DNA of 64,000 nucleotides from Octopus sinensis (taxonomy: Eukaryota): contig NC_042999.1 in the NCBI RefSeq assembly GCF_006345805.1, positions 74,400,001-74,464,000 of the forward strand. Reading direction: 5' to 3'. Numbering within the stretch: position 1 is the first letter of the stretch; every line of letters starts with the position of its first letter. Positions 44,440 to 58,051 of this stretch are shown in pieces. The notes beneath the pieces were generated by a model. The model was not told the DNA's origin. It was given only the letters and a program-made list of their open reading frames with translations, and did not search any database. The translations under genes were made by a program, and so were the position numbers.

Positions 44440-46790
44440 AGAAAAGAAAAATTTGCCAATGTTCTGTGTTGTGAGGACCAAAGACTTGAGATGTTTTGTG
44501 TTGCAAGACAGTGTGTGAGAGAGAATCGTGATGTCATAGGAGAGAAATGTGTCCACATGGATGACAGCTCACTTGCATTTAATGAGGCTGCTAGGAGCGA
44601 GACTTAGAGACACCACTATGAAAGGTTCCTAAATGAAGAGAATGAATGGGAGAAAGAGAGTCTGCCGAATTTCAACCCAACAGAGGGACCAGCTATCTGG
44701 ATTGACAGTACCTTGGTAGATAAAGCAATTAAGGGTATGAAAACAGGGAAATCCCCCAGCACATCAGGAATCATTGCAGAGATGCTTAAAATATCTGGTG
44801 GTGTCAGCTATAGTCTAGTCACCCATATAGTCAACCAGGTGATACATGAAGAAGTCATACCCAATGACTGATGCAGCAGCACCATAGTCAATTGCTACAA
44901 AGATAAAGGTGATGCATTTAATACAGATAATTGCAGAGGTATCAAGTTGTTGGATCAGGTAACGAAAGTCATGGAGATGGTCATAACCCAACTAATTAGG
45001 GAGAGACTCAGTCTAGATGAGATGCAGTTTGGGTTTGTGCCAGGGAAAAGCACCACTGATGCTATATTTCTGGTAGGAGAGCAGTAGGAGAAATACCTAG
45101 CCAAAGATAAACCACTGTACCTGGCTTTCGTTGATATGGAGAAAGCCTTTGACAGAGTCCTCGATCCCTTATCTAGTGTTTAATGAGGAAACTAGGGATA
45201 GATGAATGGTTATTGTGAACTGTACAAGCCATGTACAGGGATGTTGTCAGTAAGGTGAGGGCTGGCAATGAGTATAGTGAAGAATTCCGAGTAGGAGTAG
45301 GGGCCCACCAAGGATCAGTCTTCAACCCCGCCTTATTCATCATAGTCCTCCAGTCAATAACAGAGGAATTCAAGACTGGATGCTCCTGGGAGTTTCTCTA
45401 TGGTGATGTTCTTGCTATAATAGCTGAGTCACTATCAGAACTTGGGGAGAAATTTCAGGGGTGGAAGCAAAGACTAGAATTGAATGCCCTTAAAGTCAAC
45501 TTAGCAAAAATCAAAGTCTTAATAAGTAGGATGGCAGACAAACTACAAATCCCTTCAGGTAGATGGCCCTGTTCAATCTGTAGAAAAGGCATGGGTAGAA
45601 ACTCTATAAGATGTACCCAATGTAAACTATGTACTTATAAGAAGTGCAGCAATACCAAAGGAAGGTTGACTGGGAAGGTAGCTTTTGTGTGTGGCAAATG
45701 CTCAGGTGCTATAAGCACTGAAAATGTGCAGAAAACAGCTTCTGTCACATTCCAGGGAGAAAAACTACAAGTAGTTGATAGCTTCTGTTACCTAGGGGAC
45801 CAAGTTAGTAGTAGGGGTGGATGCTCTGAAGGTGTAACTGCTAGAATAAGAATAGCCTGGGCAAAGTTCAAAGAGCTCCTATCTCTGCTGGTGACAAAGG
45901 GCCTCTCGCTCAGAGACGCACATGTACAAACAGCCATGCTAAATGATAGTAAAACATAGGCCATGACTGCTGAGGACATGTGTAAGCTTTCAAGGAATGA
46001 AGCCAGTATGTTCTGCTGGATGTGTAATGTCAGCATGCATACTTGACAGAGTGTAAGTACCTTGAGAGAAAAGTTCGACCTAAGAAGCATCAGATGTGGT
46101 GTGCAAGAGAGATGACTGCACTGGTATGGTCATGTGTTGTGAATGGCTGAGGACAGCTTTGTGAAAAAGTGTCACACCCTAGCAATTGAGGGAACCTGCA
46201 GAAGAGGTAGACCCAGGATGACCTAGGATGAGGTGGTGAAGCATGACCTTAGAACATTTGGCCTTACTGAGACCTTTGGAGATATGCTGTGCTTGAGAAG
46301 ACCCAGCAAGCCAAGTGAAATCATAATTATGGCCTATGCCAGTGCTGCATAAACAGCCCATTTAAGAGTACCCTTCAATCATTGGGCAATAAACTGTGCT
46401 TGCAAAGACCTGTTGAGGCAAGTGAAATTGTTGTTGTGGCCAATGACAGTACTGCCTGATTGGCTCCTGTGCTAGTGGAACATTAAAAACACCATTTGAG
46501 TATGATCATTGCCAGGGCCACCTGACTGGCACCTGTGCTGGTGGCACATAAAAAGCACCATTTGAGTGTGGTCGATGCCAAAACTGCCTGACTGGCACTC
46601 AGGCCGGTGGCATGTAAAAGCACCCGCTACACTCTTGGAGTGGTTGGCATTAGGAAGGACATCAAGTTGCAGAAACTTTGCCAGATGAGATTGGAGCCTG
46701 GTGCAGCCTTCTGGCTCGCCAGCCCTCAGTCAAACAGTCCAACTCATGCCAGCATGGAAAGCAGACGTTAAACACCGACGATGATGATGA
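44440..46790 (+). mobile_element. 5'-truncated RTE-clade LINE, degenerate
   Basis: KAIKGMKTGK, QFGFVPGKSTTDAIF, FVDMEKAFDRV, GAHQGS, LYGDVL (decayed YADD), the 3' GRGRPR segment and a repeat 3' UTR with (GAT)n tail. Confidence 0.9.
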
Positions 46791-46819
46791 TACTCAAAGA
46801 TATCCACAAATATCCACAA

Positions 46820-48180
46820 ATCCAAGTAAGGTGAGAGTTAACTACAAGTACAATGACGAATTTGGTGTACCGGTAGGCATTTATCAATGACTCAGTTCAC
46901 AGGTTCTTCCGTTTTATCATTGTCCTCCAGGCTATAACAGAAGAATTCAATACTAGCAACCTCTGGGACTACTATATGATGATGATCTTACTCTCATAAC
47001 AGATTCTATATTAGAGATAGAAAAGAAATTCCAGGTGTGGAAGCAAAACCTGGAATCTAAGGGCCTTAAGGTTAACTTAGTAAAGACTAAGGTTTTAGTA
47101 AGCAAGAAAATAGACAAGACCCTACACACTTCAGGTAAGTGGTTGGCTTTGTTTGATATGTAGGAAAGGTGTAGGTAGGAATTCCATGTCATGTACTCAC
47201 TGCCGGTTATAGACATACAAGAGGTGCAGTGGAATAATAGGAAGATTAGCAGAGAAAGTAGTGTTCATATGTAGAAAATGCACAGAAGCCATAAAAACTA
47301 CAGATATTCAGGAAATTGATTCTCTCAAATGCCTAGATAATTTATGCCACCTAGGGGAACAAATTAGTTATGGGGGGGGGGGAGATGTACAGAAAGTGTA
47401 ATACCTAGAATAAGAATAGGATGGAGGAAATTCGGAGAGCTTTTATCTCTGTTGGCAACCAAATGTCTCTCTCTCTCTCTCTCTGAGTGAAAGGAAGACT
47501 GTATGAGGTATATATACAAACAACAATTCTACATTGTAGTAAGACATGGGCCTTGAATGCAGAGGACATGCAAAGGCTAGAGAAGAATGAGGCTAATATG
47601 CTCCACTGGATTTGCAATGTAAGTCTACATGTACGACAAAGTGGTAGTGCATTGAAAGAAAAGTTTGGCATAAGAGGAATTAGATACTGTGTGTGAGAGA
47701 GAAGACTGTGTTGGTTTGGTCTTGTGATGTGGATGGATGTTGACAACCTGATAAAGAAGTGCTAATAATTCAATGTGGATGAAACTCATGGAAGAGAGGG
47801 AGACTCAGGAAGACATGGGATGAACTACCTCAGGACGCTGAACCTTTTGAAGGAGATGACAAAAGACTGAGATATCTGGTGCCTTACTGTACTCAAGAAG
47901 ACCTGTCCTCCTAGAAGTTAAGACCACTTCCCCCGATGAAGAGGACTGGCCTGCAAGAGCACTCTTCTGGCACCATGAAAAAGTGCTTGTTCTGGTGCCA
48001 CGTTAAAAGCATGCAGCACACACAGTGTAAGCCGGTTGGTGTTAGGAAGTGCATCCAGCCATAGAAACCAAGCCATAATAGACTGGAACCTGGTGTCACT
48101 CTCCTACCTGCCAGTTCTGGTCAAACCGTCCAACCTATGCCATCATGAAAAACAGACATTAAAGGATGATGATGATGATA
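46820..48180 (+). mobile_element. Second, older RTE-clade LINE fragment with tail
   Basis: LYDDDL, KGLKVNLVKTKV, KGRLYE..LHCSKTW, RLEKNEANMLHW; (GAT)n end near 48175. Confidence 0.8.
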
Positions 48181-48815
48181 TCCTTCTCACAGAGAATGTT
48201 TCTTTTTATCCTGAGATACTTTATTTCATTTATTTTTTGTTCTCGTTCAGAAGTAAGTTGATTTTAAACTGTTTCATAATCTAACTGTGACCCTGTTCTA
48301 TCCACAGATCCAGTCGGTGGCTAACTGTAGGTTGTCTCATACAAACTCACTGCTGTTTTCTATATTATAGAACTTGATCTTCACCCTCATCTTGACATAG
48401 GCATCACCTAATATGAGATGCTTCTGCATGTAATACAGAAGTCAAGGATGATTTGTGTAGTTTTGAATTCCTATAGATTTTAGTTAATCTGTCAAATTTT
48501 TTCTTTGCATTTCCATGTTTTGTTTTGTTGATATATATTTGACATTCTTTAACAAAATATAAAATATTTTGCCTACAGTAACAGAGAGTTATGAAAGGAT
48601 AAACATTTGAATTTTAAATGAAAATTAAGCAAAAGTTAATATTGTATGAATGTAAAGAATATTCACCTTAAATAGATATTGTCTTTTATAGTATAGATAC
48701 ATTATAAGTAGTAATACACATATTGATAGAACGATAGATTTAATTAAAATAGCAATAACTTTTTAACATTACAAGAATAATAACAGATATAATAAATATT
48801 GCATAAAATATTTAC

Positions 48816-48963
48816 TTGGCTCCTAATTCCGAACAGATGTCATTCACCATGTCATCTGAGAGAGAGTTCCTACAAACTGGTATGTAGTCTGACCCATAAA
48901 GCTTGTTCACTCTTCCAGACATCAAAGTTCGGCCATGAGTTAATTTAAACTCCCGTTTTACAC
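48816..48963 (-). CDS. Exon encoding the N-terminal half of an SRCR-like domain
   Basis: TATAG acceptor and GTAAAT donor, 148 nt, phase 1-2. VKREFKLTHGRTLMSGRVNKLYGSDYIPVCRNSLSDDMVNDICSELGA fits the SRCR pattern xL..G....GRV....VC.....C..LG. Confidence 0.85.
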
Positions 48964-51439
48964 CTATATTAAAAAAGAAGAATTCTGATTAAGTTGTTGA
49001 TTAGTTTGGATAATGAATGAAGCTAATACAGTATTAGCTTTGTGTTTTTATGGATGACATTGAAATACTGCAGGAATTTGCTTTGCCATTCATTCACTAT
49101 GGTCAATGAATTAAGTGTCAGTATTATACTATTTCCTTTTTTAAATTCAAATGACTATACAGAAATTGACTAACAAAATTGGTCTGTGCTCATACAGAGA
49201 GGTACAAAAGATTGGGTTAGTTAAGGACTCTTCTGATTAAGAAAAAATAAGACCTGTAACAATTCCTTGAGCAGTTAACATTCACAATTATAAGTTCACT
49301 AAATTCTATTAATCTGCTTTAAGTAGTTAGTAATCAGTTATCACATAATGTATTTCTGAAGAGGTCTTCTTGATAGAAAGAATCCTAACAATAGCTTTGG
49401 TTTTTGAATTCAGAAAGAGTTTGATTTATATAAGTATCTGAGTTGATTATCTTGACACATCTGATATCACTTCACATCTGATTTCATCCTAATCTTGTCT
49501 ATCTTTGTCTTAAAATATCCTCCAATGAATGATGAAGAAGCACTTGTATCATCTATGTTTGAATGATACAATCTAAAGGAAACTGCATGCTACTCTTAGA
49601 CTTGCTTTACTATCATACATCTTCAAGGAGTAGCATCTATGAATAATAAAAGACAGAAGTTTGTAGAGCTTTCTACCAACTATTTTCTCTACTTCTAATA
49701 TTTGTACTTTGTTGCCTCAAATCCTGATAAGCACTGTTGAATTTAACAGATTAGCATATCAGGCAATAAATCTTTGAAAGGAGATCCTCCAATTTAGTAA
49801 TTATATAAAAAAAAATTAATAATTCTATACAGTAAATAAATAATTGTATATCTTTATTGGGAAACTCATTACTGGTACACAGAGGACATCATAAACTCAT
49901 AAAAACCTAGGGCTGGGATTGTAAAGAGAGTACAATGCTTCTCATTCACTGAGTTAGTACAGGTTAATATGCCTACTATCTTGGTGGCAGAACAACACTT
50001 TTTGTGTTGACAGTTTTAATGACCAAAATACTGGTAGTGAACTTGCAATAAAAATTTATTTTAACTGAACAATAGCAAATTTTATCAAAATAACTGGTAT
50101 CATAGTGAAAATGTAAACAGAAGGGAGGAGATTGTTCCTCTGTAACATCCACTCCATTCTTAAGATATGCTAGCATATATAAATTCCAACAACTTCAGGA
50201 ATGTTAAGGAATGTTAAAATATAGATATAGTAAGAAGCTTGTGCAAGCAATATTTTCCTAATTACAGCAGCTTTCAGTAAATCTGATGGCTTAAGTGAAT
50301 TCCTTTTTGGCTAATGATTAGTGGATATACACTCCATTATCACTCAACAGCAGAGAAGTAGAATAGGAGTGGAATCTTCTACCAAAAGATTTGACATGGT
50401 TAATCACATACATTTATATTATGATCTCATGCAGCCTTGTTGCACCACCAAATTTAGCAAGATGATTTCTATATAGATTTTGTCATAAAATTGATCAGTT
50501 TTTTTTTTTGGAAGGTTTCCTTACTATTACCCCTAAGGTCTTTGGAAATCGCATGCATAGGTGCTCAGATAGGCATTATCTCAGGTTTATATAACAAAGG
50601 GCAAACTACTGAGTAATTTCAAGGTTACATATCAATAGGGCGGTATTCTGATACCCACATAGTTTTCTTTTTACCTATTACTTCATTCTTATTTGGTTCT
50701 TACTGAAGAATCTACTGCAAAGATACAAAAATATTTATAGTCTGGAAGAATGGTCTATGAAGTCAAAAGGTCACTAATTTAACATAGCAAAGACCAAATA
50801 ATAAGAATCAGCAGATGTAAAAACCACTGTAACATATGAAAAATGATCTTGTTCAGAGAGAAATCAGCTCTTGAATATTGAGCAAGACCATTTTTTTAAT
50901 TTATCAAAGTTGAAACAATGTGTTGGGGAAAATATAGCAGGATTTTAAACATTAAGTGTATAAGAGCATTAAGTGTTGTACAAGTTGTTTAAGAGCACTC
51001 ATTAAAGGAAATCAAGGAATTCATTGGATGGATTGCCATATTTAGTAGATATTTTCTGCTTACAAGGTAACATAGCTGAGAAAGAAGGTATTTAGGCTGT
51101 TATATTCTAGAGAAAGAAAGGGTTGGAAGTTGTTAAAGAATTGTTACTTCTGTTGGCAACAAATTATGTATCTCTCCATTTAAGAAGCAGATTCTTGAAG
51201 CCTGAGTAAGAAATGCAATGATGCATAGAAGAACATCATGTACCCTGGATGTGAAAGATTTGATGAGTTTTGAGAAGACTGTGTTGAGTATGATTTCATT
51301 GATATGCAATGTTAATTAGCATGAAATACTGGGCAGAAGTGAACTTATAATACAACCGAGAATTAGAAGCATCAGTTACGTTACAGTGTACAGGGTGGAA
51401 TTGACAAGTTATGAGCATGTATCTGACAGATGTATATGT

Positions 51440-52370
51440 TGATAGATGCAACAAGAATCAGCTGAAAAGTTTATAGGCTAACCAAAATACTCTCATTGAA
51501 TGTGACCAAATGGGTTTTATTTTTCAACATAGTTTCCCTTGTGATCTCCACACTTCTCCCTTTGCCATTACAGTTCTTGGATTCCTTTGGTGAAGAAGCT
51601 TTCATCCTGTTGGTTAAAAACAGTCAACAATAGTAGATGTGATATCAGCATCACTGTGATACTGATTCCCAGCTAAGTGATTTTTCATGTAGGGGAACAG
51701 CTGATAGTCAGAGGTGTCCAAATCAGGAGAATAGGGAGGATGATCACCCAGTTCAAAGTCATTGTCATGCATGATGGATTTGTGTGCTGGAGCATTGTCC
51801 TAAGGAAAGAAGACCCCTTTCATCGATTTTCCTGGGTACTTTATCTTGATAGCCTTTTGTAACTGCCTCAGCAAATTGGTATAGTACTCTCTGTTGATAG
51901 TGTAGACCTTTTTAAGATAATCAATAAACACAATGCCTTTTGCATCCCAAAACACTGAGATCCTAACCTTCCCTGTAGATGAAATAACCTTGGCTTTCTT
52001 TGGAACAAGTAGGGAGGGGTGTTCCCACTGTATAGATTGTTTATTTATCTCTGGCTCAAAATGATGAACCTAACAGTCATCCTGGCTTAGAAAATTATCA
52101 AGGAAACCAGCTAGATCTACCTCATACAATGTCTGATTTTCCCCAACTCTCTCACAGGATATGCTAATAGCATTGGCTATATGATTTATAGTCAATCTCC
52201 TGTCATCCATCACCATTTAAAAGCAACCAGTATTTTCCTCAGTGATGTCCAGACCATGGGACAGCTTCAAAACTCTCCCTTCCCCCTCCTAAATTCAGCT
52301 GCCCACTTTTGCACAGTTGATAAAGCTTTGGTATCATCCCCTAATGTAGCAACCATGAATACTGTTGGGG
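51440..52370 (-). mobile_element. Degenerate mariner element
   Basis: Minus-strand DNAPAH and PPYSPDL-like remnants. Confidence 0.65.
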
Positions 52371-52905
52371 GCTAAACCCTTTTCCTTCACATACTTGATA
52401 ACATGATGATGCTAAATTTTGCTCACTTGCAAGAGAAGTCACTTCTAGTTACTTTGAAGTCTTCTTTGAGCAATCAGATGTCAGATTAGCTGGAAATAAA
52501 CAATGTAGTTACCACTAAGAAGAACTGAAATTAACGTATGACAGATTTCATAGCACTAGCATCACTCCTCTATAGTCAGCCTATGAACATAGACAGCCTA
52601 TATTATATACAAGCTCACCCTTGTATATAACAACAATACTAGAATTAAGATAAAGGATTTATTCTTGTACACCTCTTCAGTTCAAACCAGCATAGAAGTA
52701 CAAGGTACAGGCATAGATGTGAGGTTAAGAAGTTTCTTTCCAACCACATGGTTTTCAGGTTCAGTTTCACTGTACTGCATGACACTTTGGACAAGTATAT
52801 TCGACTATAGCCCTGGACCAAACATAATTTGATAGACAGAAATTGAAAGAAGCTCATTGTGTGTGTTGTTGTTGTTGTTGTGGTGGTGGTGGTGGTGGTG
52901 TGTGT

Positions 52906-52960
<55 letters not shown>

Positions 52961-53448
52961 GGGTGTTCTTGTTTTGACAGCATCTAGCAGTTGTAATCAA
53001 GTGATGGTCTTTTGTTTCCAATCTTCCATGAAGACATGTCTGGCCATGAGGAAATATTTACTTGAAACAAGTGAGAACAACAAGAAAGCTATCCAAATTT
53101 TAAGTATATAAAAATGGACATTAAAACACTGATGAGGACGATGATGATGGTTGTTGTTATTTGTAAGCCTCATAAAGCTGCATTTAATTGCATGGAGTAC
53201 AGTATTACAAAAGAGTCTGGGTTTATTGTTCTTTTTCCCTACTGTCCACTTTATTTCTGAACACCTTGATGCTGATGAAGGTGATGAAAGTGATAATAGT
53301 GATAGTACTTAAGATACGAGTGTTATCATTTTTAAGATGTAAAAAATAATTTCTTTAAAAGGCTAAAAGGGCTCTTAATAAAAAAAGAGAGTAAATATTA
53401 ATGCAATTTAAATATTTTTGAGCAAAATCAAATATAAATAAAACTTAC

Positions 53449-53562
53449 CTGAGCAATTATATTCATCTTCTCCATTGGGACAATGATCTATACCATCACA
53501 TTTTTCAGAAAAAGAATAGCATGTGGCATTGTTATTACAAGGATACCAGTTTTCTTCACAAC
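53449..53562 (-). CDS. LDLa exon
   Basis: AG acceptor and GTAAGT donor, 114 nt, phase 1-1. [37 protein letters not shown]. Confidence 0.93.
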
Positions 53563-54214
53563 CTTTTGAAGAAAAAAGAAATAATGATTATAAATACTAT
53601 TGAAATTTATGAAATCACACTCATTTTTTTTTAATCAAGCAAACTTTCTAATTATAAATTATAACATATTCATAAAATATAGAGTTCAAAACCTAGGTAA
53701 GGCTGTAAAAAAACACAAGGTAAAAGTTTTTATTTTTTATTCTTTTCGAAATTGCTCTTAAATGTGGTTTTGGTCATTTTGACTGCTCCTTCTAGCATGT
53801 AAGACTGCCTGTTAAGGGTCGTCTCTTTTGTGTTTAAATGTACACTAATTTCATAAATTATAACATATGTGACATTTTAAAAAAATTATTTTTTAATAAG
53901 TTTTCAAATATTAAAAAAGATCAATAGGCAAATTCAATTTGTCTCTAGGTTTTGGTATGTATTTGGATCAGAGTGGTGAAAAAGCTTAATCTTTCTGACT
54001 TAGTGCTGGTGCCGCATAAAAAGAACCGGGGCTGGTGCCATGTAAAACTACCCTGTACACTCTTTGAAGTGGTTGGCTTAGACAGGGAAACATAAGAAGA
54101 GATTAATATTTTTTAAAATATAAAAATACTCTCTTGTAGGTTAACTATATGCTATTGTTCCAATTCCTAGAAACACATCAAAGAAATTGTTAGGGTCATT
54201 ATTATGTCATTGCT

Positions 54215-54440
54215 CAAGGTGGTGAACTGGCAGAACTGTTAGCGTACTGGGCAAAATGCTTAGTGGAATTTTGCTTGTCTTTTTGTTCTGAGTTCAAATT
54301 CTGCTGACGTTGACTTAGTCTTTCATTCTTGTGGGATTGATGAAATAATGTACCAGTGGCGCACTGGGGTCAATGTAGTCAACTAGTCCTCCCACTCCCA
54401 AAGTTTCAGGCCTTGTACCTAGAGTAGATAGGATTATTAT
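54215..54440 (+). mobile_element. tRNA-derived SINE (family 2)
   Basis: GGTGGTGAACTGGCAGAA..GAGTTCAAATTC head. Homologues at 55620-55860 (-) and ~9500-9690 (-). Confidence 0.8.
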
Positions 54441-54846
54441 GTCATTGCTAATAATTTCGGTTGCCTTCCTTTGGATGTGGTCTTAGATGTCTCTGTGTGT
54501 TGCAGTGGCACTACCCCATATGTGGCAGCAGTATTCCATTGAGAGTCTCACCTGAGCTTCATGGAGGATTAGTAGTTGGAGACTGATGTATTTTGTGGTG
54601 CTGAAGAGGAAGCCAGTTTTTGCTATGTTCTCTTCTTTGTTGAGGATGTGCATTATCAGGGGAAATATATTCAATGATGATGTGCTGGAATTTGTTATGA
54701 AAATATGGAAGAAATGAAAGTTTTATTCCTGATAGATTATAAAAATGGAACTTTTGCAACTAATTTATGTTATCATTTATTTGATAAATTCTGTATATTT
54801 TCTGAAATACAAATATCAAGAAAAATAAAAATTTGAACAGTCTTAC

Positions 54847-55155
54847 GTTTGTGTAAACATCTTCCTGGGATTATTGAAACACTGTCAAGTACCATTGCTC
54901 CAGATGTGCTGTTTCCCTCCTTTGAGTATGCAAAGTGAATGTTGTGAATTCCTCCAGCCAATGTGATATTGACACCTCTCCACATATCATAATCAAATTT
55001 AGAAAGGCTCATTAGGTAAGTATCATTGTCATAAACCGATACAGTACCATTTCCATAAAACATGTAATGAAAGTTAAAGCAGAAAGTCTCTTCAATTTCT
55101 ATTTGAGGTACTGTAAACTTGCTTTCTTTACTATAATTTGACATTATATATTGGC
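54847..55155 (-). CDS. Exon encoding the remainder of the MAM domain
   Basis: TTTTGCAG acceptor and GTAAGA donor, 309 nt, phase 1-1. Reads GQYIM..FCFNFHYMFYG..MW..AMVLDSVSIIPGRC and lies within ORF 54773..55318. Confidence 0.9.
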
Positions 55156-55619
55156 CTGCAAAATAAAGTAATATTTCATTGTAAGTAAATATCATGACAA
55201 GAGACCAAGCATTTAAAGTGTGTAGGAAAATGAAAAGCTTATAGAATTTTATGATTTTATTTGCTGGGTTGGGAAAAAGAGGAAGTACCCATGATATTTG
55301 TGGTTCTTCCAAGACCAAAGAGATTCATGCCATTACTCTGTTTGCTTTTGTTTGTTTGTTTTTGAGAAAACAAACATGTGCAGGATAACCATCAGCAGAA
55401 AGGAAATTTCAGAAGGCTGATGTCTTGGAGAGGAAGGACTGAGCAATGTGGTTAGTACAGAACCTGGCAGAGTTGGACATTACATGGGTGATGAAAGGAT
55501 GGATGGGTTGGGACTGCTTGAGTTGAGGTGGCATGAGACCATATTGTTCTGAGGAATAGGCTACTTTAGTGGTGGTATCAAAAGTAGAGAGAGACGACCA
55601 CATGTTTGCAGGCCAGTGG

Positions 55620-55860
55620 CTAGAGTAAGACTCTGAGTAATATAATCCTTTCTACTCTAGGCACAAGGCCTGAAGTTTGACGGGAGGGCTAAGTTGGTTA
55701 CCTTGACCCCAGTGCTCAACTGGTACTTAATTTATCAATCCCAAAAAGATGAAAGGCAAAGTCGGCCTCAGTAGAATTTGAACTCAGAATGTGAAGATGG
55801 GTGAAATGCCACTAAGCATTTTGCTTGGTATTCTAGTGATTCAGCCAGCTTGCTGCCTTA
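55620..55860 (-). mobile_element. tRNA-derived SINE (family 2), inverted relative to 54215-54440
   Basis: Reverse-complement similarity along its length. Confidence 0.8.
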
Positions 55861-57649
55861 CTCTGAAGTAATGTGAAGAAGTTGAGTGACTTTTCCTTGG
55901 ATGCAATCTAGGATGTTTGTGTATGCAATAGTAATACTGTCCCAGATGTGAGAACAGCACATTCCACAACAAAAGATTTAAGGCCATTTTCCTTCATAAA
56001 ACTGGAGTTGGCTTAATGTGTCCAATGATAATCTTTCCATTTTGTTTCATTGCCTTCATTTTCCCTCACTAATACCCTTGCCCTCATTTCCTCTGCATTA
56101 ATCTTTAACAATGTCTGTTTTGTTCTTCCACTTTCCTCTGACTCCCTCCACATTCGTTTCCATCAATCCTCTCACTTAGTCACTTTCATCCATCCCCAGC
56201 ATATGACCTAGTCAATTTTCTTTACAGCATCCATCACTAACTATATTCCTATTATCTGCACTTAGTTTGGTTGCATTCTTCTCTATTAGTGGTACTCAGT
56301 TCATCTACCAAACCATTCTAAGTTCTTTTCTTTCCAACCTTCTGTGCTACTTCACATTTATACAGGTCCCATAAATCATAACACTTGTTCCCATAAATCA
56401 TAGTACTTCTTACTCATGATACATAAACCTCTCCATTTATTTTCAGTGGTACCCATCTTTTCATTACCATACAACTCACTTTCAGGAATGTCATCCATGT
56501 ACATCCCACTCTAGCCACCATTGCCATTTGAAAGGTCTGAGGTAACCAAATGCTTTCTCACCTTTCATCTTCATACCATTTTCAAGACTCAGTTCAATTT
56601 ACCCTCTAACTACAGCTCTCTCTATGCATATACTTAAATATAACTACCACATTAATCAATTTTCAATGAATTCACTCAGTGGATAGGGTACACTTAAACG
56701 AGTTTTAACACCCTTTATGCATACTGCACATGGTCTTTTCTTCTCATCACATGCTTCCCCACTTGCTAGTACCTATCCTTACAACTATGCACACTCTCTC
56801 ATACACTGTCATCCCTGCTCTAAGCAATCCTTCCTATACTTTTTAACTCTCTTAATGCCCCAGTCACCATTTTGTGTGAAATCCTATCAAAAACCTCCTC
56901 CAGCCTAGAAACATTTTCTCTTTTAATTGCCTCACAATACTTAAAAAGAAAAGTACAATAGTTGTTCCTCTTTCTGATGTAAATGACCCAGCTTTTAACA
57001 AATAAACAGAACATTAATGACATTAAAGTCACTAATCTTCAAGAGCTGGTGAAAGAGATAGGCATTATCCCTTCCTGTAAATCTAACATATAAAAAGAAG
57101 ATAAAAGCCTGTTTTTCATTACACTTCACTTCCTGTCTCATTCTCTTGATTACTAACTCTCATCTAACTTCATTCCATGCTCCATTAGATTAATTGCTCT
57201 AAATGAGCCACAGACTTAAGAATCACTTTTCTCATGAACAGAACAATTCTCAGAATATGACTTTTTCCCCAACCAGCCTATAAATCTCAGTAATTTTCTT
57301 CATACTTTAACTTTCCACAAGTTTTAACATACTTTCCAGAACTTTTCTCAGATCTCCTGCTTTTCAGTTTTTCAATTCTCTTATTAATTTCTCAAATACT
57401 TTTTCTATTATTTCCTCTGCCATTCCAAAAAGTGAATAGCTCTCTATGCTTTCATCCAATTGATTTCTCAAGTTGAACAGCCTCCCCACATATCCTTTTA
57501 ATTTTCCCTTAGTTCCATCTTAGGTCACAATTTATTCCACTTCATCCTTCAAGCAGCTCACTCTTGTCACATTGCATCTCTCTCTGGTTGTTTTGCAATC
57601 TTAAATACCTCTCTCTGACCTTGCTCTCAATCTATATGTACTCTCTCTC

Positions 57650-58051
57650 TTTTACTCTTTTACTTGTTTCAGTCATTTGACTGTGGCCATGCTGGAGCAC
57701 CACCTTTAATCGAGCAACTCGACCCCGGGACTTATTTGTTTGTAAGCCCAGTACTTATGCTATCGGTCTCTTTTGCCGGACCGCTAAGTAACGGGGACAT
57801 AAACACACCAGCATCGGTTGTCAAGCAATGCTAGGGGGACAAACACAGACACACAAACACACACACGCATATATAATATACATATATACGACAGGCTTCT
57901 TTCAGTTTCCGTCTACCAAATCCACTCACAAGGCTTTGGTCAGCCCAAGGCTATAGTAGAAGACACTTGCCCAAGGTGCCACGCAGTGGGACTGAACCTG
58001 GAACCCTGTGGTTGGTAAACAAGCTACTTACCATACAGCCACTCCTGCGCC
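57650..58051 (-). mobile_element. Well-preserved tRNA-derived SINE (family 1; resembles octopus OK/OR SINEs)
   Basis: Head GGCGCAGGAGTGGCTGTATGGTAAG..GGTTCAGTCCCA (A/B boxes), internal (TG)n and a LINE-like tail. Partial copies at ~20940-21120 (-) and ~52720-52870 (+). Confidence 0.85.

Noticed and set aside
49976-50176. Minus ORF with PFCLHFHY, resembling the MAM FCFNFHY motif
   Set aside because: No suitable splice sites, the rest lacks MAM features, and the flanking exons already join in frame.
57990-58051. tRNA-like A/B boxes
   Set aside because: SINE head; no complete cloverleaf, so not called a tRNA gene.
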